A stretch of 25,256 nt of DNA from Candidatus Omnitrophota bacterium (GTDB lineage Bacteria; Omnitrophota; Gorgyraeia; Tantalellales; Tantalellaceae), in the NCBI GenBank assembly GCA_032126595.1, contig JAQBAV010000002.1, forward strand, positions 1 through 25,256, written 5' to 3'. Under the pieces are notes generated by a model, which did no database searches, was not told the DNA's origin, and was given only the letters and a program-made list of their open reading frames with translations. This document shows positions 8,786-14,984 of this stretch, one piece after another (the stretch's first letter is position 1; every line of letters starts with the position of its first letter). Made by a program: the position numbers and the translations under genes.

Positions 8786-8844
8786 AGGGACGGTTCTAAA
8801 TTCAAAGCTACATCCGTCCCGAATTTGAACTTACACTTGTCCCT
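8786..8844. repeat. REP-like palindromic element between convergent transcription units
   Basis: AGGGAC...GTCCCT ends, with inner GTTC(T)AAATTC/GAATTTGAAC. An alternative 7-bp stem GGGACGG/CCGTCCC is also possible. Confidence 0.65.
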
Positions 8845-8853
8845 GAAGAGAGG

Positions 8854-9993
8854 CTAATAGATCTCGTATTTTAAGAGGCGGCATTCGATATCACCGGTAT
8901 AGAAGGGGATGCGTCTGGATGCCGTGAGGCCCACCTTTTTAGAAAGTTCCCGGCTGCCTGTAAAGATATAACCATCATACCCCGTACATTTCTTCTTGAA
9001 GAAGTCGCCGATATTTTTGTATGTGTCAGCTAATTTTTTAACCTCGCCCATGCGTTCGCCGTATTCGGGGTTAAGAAGTACAATTCCCTTGCCTTCGGGA
9101 ATATCTGTTTCAGTGAAATCGCATACCTTAAAATCTATTAAGTGGTCAACTCCGCATGTTTTTGCATTCTTAATCGAAGCCTGAACAGCGTCCTCACTTC
9201 TATCTGTTGCAATTATTTTATAGTCAGTTTTTTTTTGGGCTCTTGCTAAAGCTTCCTTTCTCAAAGTGTACCAGTAATCGCTATTAAAATCCTTAAAGTG
9301 TTTAAAGGCAAAGTTACTTCTTAATAAACCCGGGGCTTTGTCCAGTGCGATCAAAGCAGCTTCTATCGCTAGAGTTCCGCTACCGCACATCGGGTTTACA
9401 AAGTGACTCTTGCCGTTATAACCGGATGCTAATACAACTGCCGCGGCAAGTGTTTCCTGCATGGGGGCCTTTAGGGGGAGTTTTCTGTAGCCTCTATCGG
9501 CGAGCTTGACTCCGGAAGTATTAAGATATATCCAGGCCTTGTTGCCTCTCCAGTATAGGTTAATTACAATGTTTTTCCTATCGGGTCCGGCGTTAGGTCT
9601 CCTGCCGCACTTATCTGTCATACGGTCGCATATAGCGTCTTTCAGCTTCTGATTGGCGAACATGGAATTTGTTATAGTGGGATTTTTTACTTGTGAAACT
9701 ATCGAAATATATTCAGTTGGAGGAATGATGTCCTCCCATTCAATCTTAGAGGCCTCACGGTATAGTTCGTCGGGAGAGGAGCATCTAAATTCTCCAATAT
9801 TAAAGAGAACATTATATGCGGTCCTGAGCTCAAGGTTCAGCTTATAAGTGTCCAGGAATTTTCCGCTTATGACAACACCTGTATCGTGCGATGATTCTAT
9901 CTTATGGCCAAGGCCAGTGATTTCCTTTTCCAAAAAAGGAGAAATTCCCGTTGCGCACGTAATTAGTATTTTGCTTTTCTTAGTTAGACTCAT
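8854..9993 (-). CDS. THUMP-domain class I SAM-dependent rRNA methyltransferase (RlmL/YpsC-like, single module)
   Basis: THUMP region followed by 'LNTSG..L..RGYR...LKAPMQETLAAA...NPMCGSGTLAIEAAL' and 'LLNPEYGERMG'. Confidence 0.88.
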   Translation of the reverse strand: MSLTKKSKILITCATGISPFLEKEITGLGHKIESSHDTGVVISGKFLDTYKLNLELRTAYNVLFNIGEFRCSSPDELYREASKIEWEDIIPPTEYISIVSQVKNPTITNSMFANQKLKDAICDRMTDKCGRRPNAGPDRKNIVINLYWRGNKAWIYLNTSGVKLADRGYRKLPLKAPMQETLAAAVVLASGYNGKSHFVNPMCGSGTLAIEAALIALDKAPGLLRSNFAFKHFKDFNSDYWYTLRKEALARAQKKTDYKIIATDRSEDAVQASIKNAKTCGVDHLIDFKVCDFTETDIPEGKGIVLLNPEYGERMGEVKKLADTYKNIGDFFKKKCTGYDGYIFTGSRELSKKVGLTASRRIPFYTGDIECRLLKYEIY

Positions 9994-10003
9994 ATGTCCT
10001 TAG

Positions 10004-10032
10004 AGTATAGCGTAATTTGTTTATAATTTGAA
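10004..10032 (-). promoter_or_regulatory. Candidate sigma70 promoter for the THUMP methyltransferase
   Basis: On the minus strand, TTCAAA (10032-10027), a 17-bp spacer, then TATACT (10009-10004). The start codon follows about 10 nt later. Confidence 0.45.
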
Positions 10033-10044
10033 GAGATAAAAACA

Positions 10045-10131
10045 ATAGTGGCAGGCGAACTACTCCGTGCTCGGACAGTCCTCGGCCTTTGGCCTGCGGA
10101 ACTGCGCGCGGAGCACTCCGCCTGCCACTAT
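10045..10131 (+). repeat. Structured intergenic element A, copy 4
   Basis: Perfect 13-bp outer stem ATAGTGGCAGGCG/CGCCTGCCACTAT. Core CTCGGACAGTCCTC at 10070-10083 and CTGCGGAACTG at 10094-10104. Inner hairpin GGCC-TTT-GGCC. Confidence 0.9.
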
Positions 10132-10251
10132 AATAAACCTAGAGATAAAACTTAATAGCACCTTTCTTTTTTCTGATGCACCCAAAATTCTCATCAAAGG
10201 AGGATTTTTATTTCTTGCTTTTGCAAACAACTTACCTTATTCTTAAAGACA

Positions 10252-11592
10252 ATGATTAAAACTGACGACTTAACAAAAGGCTCTGTAGGGAGAGAACTTT
10301 TTAGGCTTACTCTTCCCATGATATTTGGTGTATTCGCTATTATGGCATTCAATGTCATAGATACGTATTTCGTGGCGAAGCTCGGCACAAAAGAGCTTGC
10401 CGCTATGGCTTTTACATTCCCCGTGGTTTTTGTTATTGGCGCCATAACTATGGGGCTTGGCGTAGCCGCCTCATCAGTAATCTCAAGAGCAATAGGGCGA
10501 AAAGATTTTCATCAGGTAAGAAGGCTTACTGTAGATGCTCTTTTACTTTCGGTAATTATTGTAGTGATCTTTATTTTTGCGGGACTGGCAACCATGAAAA
10601 CCATATTCACAAGTATGGGGGCCACTAGCGATATCTATTACTTTATCGAAAAGTATATGAGAGTTTGGTATATAGGTGTCGGCTTTTTAGTTATACCCAT
10701 GGTAGGCAACAATGCTATAAGGGCCTCAGGAGACATGGTAACGCCCGCAGTAATAATGACTGTTTCCGCTATTTTAAATACAATTCTCGACCCTTTACTT
10801 ATATTTGGCTTAGCGGGATTCCCGCGTATGGGGATAGAGGGGGCCGCACTTGCTACAGTTATAACACGCTCGGTATCTTTAATCGTATCTTTGTCTGTCC
10901 TCCACTTTAGTAAAAGGATGCTGGAATTTTTTATTCCTACAATTAAGGAACTTATTAAGTCGTGGGGAGAGTTTCTTTATGTCGGCATACCTTCAGCGAT
11001 TTCTAATGTACTTTTTCCGATTACGATAGGTGTGGTTACAAGGATGGTGGCTTTTTATGGACCGGAGGCGGTCGCGGGATTTGGAGCGGCTATGCGTTTT
11101 GAAGCATTTGCTCTAATTATATTAATGGCGCTCTCTACAGCAATAGTACCTTTTGTAGGGCAGAACTGGGGGGCAAAGAGATTTGATCGTGTGCACTTAG
11201 CCCAGAGAGAGGGGAACAGTTTTGCTTTATTGTGGGGAGCATTGTGTTTTATTGTTCTATATTTTTCAGCTAATCTTGTCGGCCGAATCTTTAGCGATGA
11301 TCCCGGGGTAATTAAAAATATAGCAGATTATTTAAGGATCATGCCTCTAGGGTATGGGTTCGGAGGCGTATGCATGCTTACAGTATCTATTTTTAACGCC
11401 ATAAATAAACCCATCAAAGGAATACTACTTAATGCGATAAGATTTTTTGTCTTGTATATACCGCTTGCATATTTAGGCTTTAAGATCATGGACATAAAAG
11501 GTATATATTTCGGGCTAGTATTAGGCAGTGTAATAGGCGGGGTTATTTCTATTGTTTGGATAAGGCATACTTGCAGAGCATGCGAGAAGTAG
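10252..11592 (+). CDS. MATE-family efflux transporter
   Basis: 446 aa with about 12 hydrophobic segments. Motifs 'LT.GSVGRELFRLTLPM', 'DTYFVAKLGT..LAA' and 'LDPLLIFG..G.P.MGIEGAALAT'. Confidence 0.93.
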   Translation: MIKTDDLTKGSVGRELFRLTLPMIFGVFAIMAFNVIDTYFVAKLGTKELAAMAFTFPVVFVIGAITMGLGVAASSVISRAIGRKDFHQVRRLTVDALLLSVIIVVIFIFAGLATMKTIFTSMGATSDIYYFIEKYMRVWYIGVGFLVIPMVGNNAIRASGDMVTPAVIMTVSAILNTILDPLLIFGLAGFPRMGIEGAALATVITRSVSLIVSLSVLHFSKRMLEFFIPTIKELIKSWGEFLYVGIPSAISNVLFPITIGVVTRMVAFYGPEAVAGFGAAMRFEAFALIILMALSTAIVPFVGQNWGAKRFDRVHLAQREGNSFALLWGALCFIVLYFSANLVGRIFSDDPGVIKNIADYLRIMPLGYGFGGVCMLTVSIFNAINKPIKGILLNAIRFFVLYIPLAYLGFKIMDIKGIYFGLVLGSVIGGVISIVWIRHTCRACEK

Positions 11593-11748
11593 GTTATCTA
11601 GTAGCGGGTTGTGGCTTTGCAACTCTTCTTGGGGTATAATAACCTAGAAAATGGTTAAACATGGAGGGAACATGGAAGACTATAAACTGACCATTGAAGA
11701 AGCCGAGGAGTATTTGTTTGGGAAGTAATAGGCAATACGGGGAGTTAT

Positions 11749-12057
11749 ATGAATAAGCTGATTATTACACTTCTAATTTTTACGTTCCTACCAACAGCAG
11801 TCTACGCATCCACTGGTTATTATACTAGGGATGAGAAGGGTGTGATGCACTATAAAATTCATGACGAAGATTCTAGTTATGAACCGTCAAAGGATGTGGC
11901 TGGTACCAAAGAGGCCAAGAAAACAGTATATGCTAACAGACTTGATATGAAGTATCATAAAGAAGGGTGTAGATATTCAAGACGCACCGCAAATAGGATG
12001 ACAGCAGAAGAGGCAATAGAACTGGGATATCAGCCCTGTCAGAAGTGCAGGCCGTAA
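11749..12057 (+). CDS. Exported hypothetical protein with C-terminal Ada-metal-binding-like Cys/His motif
   Basis: Signal peptide (..PTAVYA) and C-terminal 'KYHKEGC...EEAIELGYQPCQKCRP'. SD GGGGAG. Confidence 0.7.
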   Translation: MNKLIITLLIFTFLPTAVYASTGYYTRDEKGVMHYKIHDEDSSYEPSKDVAGTKEAKKTVYANRLDMKYHKEGCRYSRRTANRMTAEEAIELGYQPCQKCRP

Positions 12058-12072
12058 ATAAGAACAGGAGGG

Positions 12073-12462
12073 ATGATGGAGATTTCTATACTTTTAGCAA
12101 AGATATTAGGACCGATGTACATTGTTATAGCGATAGGCATACTATTGAACATGAAGAATTATCAGACCGTTATGGAAGACTTTTCTCAAGAGCCGGCTCT
12201 GATTTACCTTGGAGGCCTTGTAGCTTTTATTTTTGGCATCATAATAGTGCTTTTTCATAATATATGGATGATGAATGGCCGCGTAATCATCACTATTATC
12301 GGGTGGATGGCTCTTATTAAGGGGGTTTGGCTAATCGTTTTCCCGAGAAGCTTAGCGTCTTCAGTGAGATTATTCAATAAAACCGGATTTTTAGCGGTAA
12401 GCATGGTGATAGTTTTTATTCTTGGAGCACTTCTTACTATAATGGGATATTTTCTAGTTTGA
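12073..12462 (+). CDS. Hypothetical integral membrane protein (about 4 TM)
   Basis: SD AGGAGG and four hydrophobic stretches; 'LAKILGP..IVIAIG...FHNIW...IITIIGWMALIKG'. Confidence 0.8.
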   Translation: MMEISILLAKILGPMYIVIAIGILLNMKNYQTVMEDFSQEPALIYLGGLVAFIFGIIIVLFHNIWMMNGRVIITIIGWMALIKGVWLIVFPRSLASSVRLFNKTGFLAVSMVIVFILGALLTIMGYFLV

Positions 12463-12475
12463 TAGGAGGGGCAAT

Positions 12476-12664
12476 ATGGAGTTGGAAAATTTTATAATAC
12501 CTTTGGGTGTGGCAACGTATTCATGTCTGGTCATATCAGTTATCACAGGACTGCTTATTTTTAAATTTCACGTAAAATGGATAAGTATAAAAATGCATAT
12601 TCTTTTTGGAATTGCTACGCTTATTTTAGGAACTTTTCACGCAGGAATAGTAATATTTTTTTGA
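12476..12664 (+). CDS. Small 2-TM membrane protein with His residues (HILFG...TFHAG)
   Basis: SD GGAGG. 62 aa and hydrophobic, with His residues flanking the second helix. Confidence 0.7.
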   Translation: MELENFIIPLGVATYSCLVISVITGLLIFKFHVKWISIKMHILFGIATLILGTFHAGIVIFF

Positions 12665-12681
12665 TTGATAAGGAGAATAGC

Positions 12682-12855
12682 ATGGTTACTAAGATTGCAA
12701 TTGGTGCTGTGATAGGCGGAGCGATCGGCTTTGGGATGAACTATCTTTGTATGATGACAGGGGGAGCATGTCCATTAATGAAGTTTAAAATAGTCGCGAT
12801 TTTTGTATGGGCGCTCATAGGGGCCGCGATAGGCGCTGCTGTAGGCAACAGATAA
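12682..12855 (+). CDS. Small Gly-rich 2-TM membrane protein with a CxxxGGACP loop (DUF6132-like)
   Basis: ATG 12682 follows AAGGAG, in frame with ORF 12577..12855. Translation MVTKIAIGAVIGGAIGFGMNYLCMMTGGACPLMK...GAAIGA. Confidence 0.7.
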   Translation: MVTKIAIGAVIGGAIGFGMNYLCMMTGGACPLMKFKIVAIFVWALIGAAIGAAVGNR

Positions 12856-12884
12856 AGACCTAAATCTCTAAACAAGGGGGAAAC

Positions 12885-13166
12885 ATGAAGAAAATCAGCG
12901 TTAAAAAAATAGTTGCAGGCGTTGCTATGACAACTCTTGTAGCAGGGCTAGCGACAGGAGCATATGCCGGTGTTAGTAAGTCTTCTTGCGGCAAAGGTTC
13001 TTGCGGCAAGTCTTCCTGCGGTTCTAAGGGGGCTAAAATGGAACAGGCAGGAAAAGCGGGCGATGAGCATTGTAAGGAAATGCCAGGCAAAAGAAAACTT
13101 GGTGCAGGTAACGAAATTGGTTGCAAGGGCAAGAGTTCTTGTGGTAAAGGTTCCTGCGGCAGTTAA
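12885..13166 (+). CDS. sbtA: RiPP precursor (SbtA/'selenobiotic'-like, Cys-only) with Sec-type signal peptide and five SCG motifs
   Basis: Leader MKKISVKKIVAGVAMTTLVAGLATGAYA, then KSSCGKGSCGKSSCG...KSSCGKGSCGS. 7 Cys. Directly upstream of a radical SAM/SPASM gene. Family assignment is from recall, not a search. Confidence 0.72.
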   Translation: MKKISVKKIVAGVAMTTLVAGLATGAYAGVSKSSCGKGSCGKSSCGSKGAKMEQAGKAGDEHCKEMPGKRKLGAGNEIGCKGKSSCGKGSCGS

Positions 13167-13189
13167 TATCGCTGTTAAGTTAGAAGTTT

Positions 13190-13226
13190 AAGTAGCCCGT
13201 TTCATTAAAAAGCGGGCTACTTTCTT
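13190..13226 (+). terminator. Hairpin (terminator or stabiliser) between precursor and maturase genes
   Basis: AAGTAGCCCG ... CGGGCTACTT, a 10-bp stem followed by TCTTTATT. Confidence 0.7.
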
Positions 13227-13234
13227 TATTAGCC

Positions 13235-14827
13235 ATGAATAAAAAAACCATAATCCGTATAAACAAGATCTTTAGTAGATGCAGGTCTTTATTGGGAGAC
13301 AAGGCCTGGGCCGAGATTATTAAGAATCTCGGTATAAACTTTGAACTTGAAGAGTTTCCGTCGTATATTGCCCAGCTTGCCAGGGAAGAAAAGGTCCCTA
13401 AATATATTTCTGAACTTGCCGCCTTCGAATGGGTTAAATATGCTATGTCTTTTTCTCCTCTAGGGGCAGGGAAAGATATAGAAAGAATAAAGATTAATCC
13501 CACCCTGGAGATATATGAACTTTCTTATGATTTTTCAGAGCTTTTTACATCGGAGGGTCCTTGGGGTGATATAAAAATAAAAAAGAATAAAGAGACAGTT
13601 CTTTTATGGCGCTCTCCCAAGACCGGAAAAGTAAACATTAAAAAAGCAGCCGATGATGATATGATCTCCATGAAAATAGCTATTGAAAATATAGCTACTA
13701 AGGATATCGTCAAAGAAACAGGATTATCTGTAAGCGATATAGATAATATGCTTCTTGCTAAAAGTGATGAAGGCATGATCTTGATGCCAATGTCCAAAAT
13801 AAAAAGAGATCCTTCGTTTTGTGATGATATTGGAAGCATTCCAGACGAGCAGTTAAGGGCTGACATTTTCACAATACAATGGCATATCACTAATGTATGC
13901 GACTTACATTGCAAACATTGCTATGACAGGGATAAGCGTTCGCCTCTTACTTTAAATCAGGGTAAGAAGGTCTTGAATGATTTGGATGAATTTTGTAAGA
14001 AAAAAAATGTAAGAGGGCATGTTTGTTTTTCAGGAGGAAACCCGTTTCTTTCACCTCACTTTTTTTCTTTGTATAAGGAGACCGCTGAAAGAGGGTACTC
14101 AACTTCCATTTTAGGAAACCCCACAACAAAAAAAGAGCTCCAACAGCTAATAGACATGCAAAAACCGGAATATTTTCAGGTTAGCCTTGAAGGATTGGAG
14201 GAACACAATGATCTAATAAGGGGGAAGGGCTTTTTTAAGAAGGTGATTGCGTTTCTTGATCTTTTAAAAGAGATGAATATATCCTCAGCTGTCATGCTTA
14301 CTCTTACAAAAGATAATATTAATGAGGTTTTTCTCCTTGCTGATGAGCTAAGTAAGCACTCAGACTATTTTACATTTAATCGATTATCTAACGTGGGGGA
14401 AGGAAAAAACCTTCTTCTTCCCAAGAAAAAAGAATACACCCAGTTTCTTAAAAAATATGTTAAAGCGTATAAAACTAACCCAATATTGGGTTTTAAGGAC
14501 AATTTAATAAACATTGTTCTTGAGAAAAAAGGCGTTAAGCCTTTTGGTGGATGTACGGGCTATGGCTGCGGGGCTGCTTTCAGCTTTGCAACAATACTTC
14601 CAGATGGGGAGGTTCATGCTTGCCGTAAATTTCCATCGATTATTGGCAATATTCTTGAGAGCAGCCTGTTAGATATATACAATTCCAAAAAAGCCGGTAA
14701 ATACAGATTAGGTTCAGAAGCTTGCAATAAGTGCTCATTAAAGCCTTACTGTGGAGGTTGCCTTGCCGCAACGAGCGGCGCAGGTATGGATATTTTCAAG
14801 GATGAGGATCCATATTGCTTCAAATAG
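13235..14827 (+). CDS. sbtM: Radical SAM/SPASM peptide maturase (SbtM-like) with N-terminal putative precursor-recognition domain
   Basis: CxxxCxxC in 'WHITNVCDLHCKHCY', 'FSGGNP', and SPASM cysteines 'GGCTGYGCGAA...VHACRK...CNKC...YCGGC...DPYCF'. About 200-aa N-terminal extension 'ELAAFEW...INPTLEIYELSYD' resembles DUF2063/HvfC-type domains. Confidence 0.8.
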   Translation: MNKKTIIRINKIFSRCRSLLGDKAWAEIIKNLGINFELEEFPSYIAQLAREEKVPKYISELAAFEWVKYAMSFSPLGAGKDIERIKINPTLEIYELSYDFSELFTSEGPWGDIKIKKNKETVLLWRSPKTGKVNIKKAADDDMISMKIAIENIATKDIVKETGLSVSDIDNMLLAKSDEGMILMPMSKIKRDPSFCDDIGSIPDEQLRADIFTIQWHITNVCDLHCKHCYDRDKRSPLTLNQGKKVLNDLDEFCKKKNVRGHVCFSGGNPFLSPHFFSLYKETAERGYSTSILGNPTTKKELQQLIDMQKPEYFQVSLEGLEEHNDLIRGKGFFKKVIAFLDLLKEMNISSAVMLTLTKDNINEVFLLADELSKHSDYFTFNRLSNVGEGKNLLLPKKKEYTQFLKKYVKAYKTNPILGFKDNLINIVLEKKGVKPFGGCTGYGCGAAFSFATILPDGEVHACRKFPSIIGNILESSLLDIYNSKKAGKYRLGSEACNKCSLKPYCGGCLAATSGAGMDIFKDEDPYCFK

Positions 14828-14847
14828 CCCCCGATACCCATATTCTA

Positions 14848-14875
14848 TTGACAAAACTTGGGCGAGTATTATAAT
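14848..14875 (+). promoter_or_regulatory. Consensus sigma70 promoter upstream of the EF-G paralogue
   Basis: TTGACA (14848-14853), a 16-bp spacer, then TATAAT (14870-14875). Confidence 0.8.
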
Positions 14876-14984
14876 AAAAATATTATATATAAAAGTGTTT
14901 CGTATTATTATCACTTCTACACGCGAGTCATGCATATCCCGTAGGTGAGGAAATTTCAAATCTAAACTTAAGGAGGTACTCAAA

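Noticed and set aside
7609-10131. Clustered A elements as a CRISPR array
   Set aside because: Spacing is irregular, copies are separated by whole genes, the variable parts are themselves hairpins, and no cas genes are present.
11605-11630. Terminator after the MATE gene
   Set aside because: The stem GGGTTGTG/TGCAACTC relies on three G-U pairs and has a poor U-tract, so it is too weak to call.
12885-13166. Selenocysteine in the RiPP precursor
   Set aside because: No in-frame TGA; the ORF ends in TAA. The downstream hairpin is better explained as a terminator than as a SECIS.
14880-14984. Riboswitch or leader RNA in the ~100-nt fusA 5' UTR
   Set aside because: Only weak, ambiguous pairing (TCAC..CTAC / GTAG..GTGA) and no recognisable consensus.
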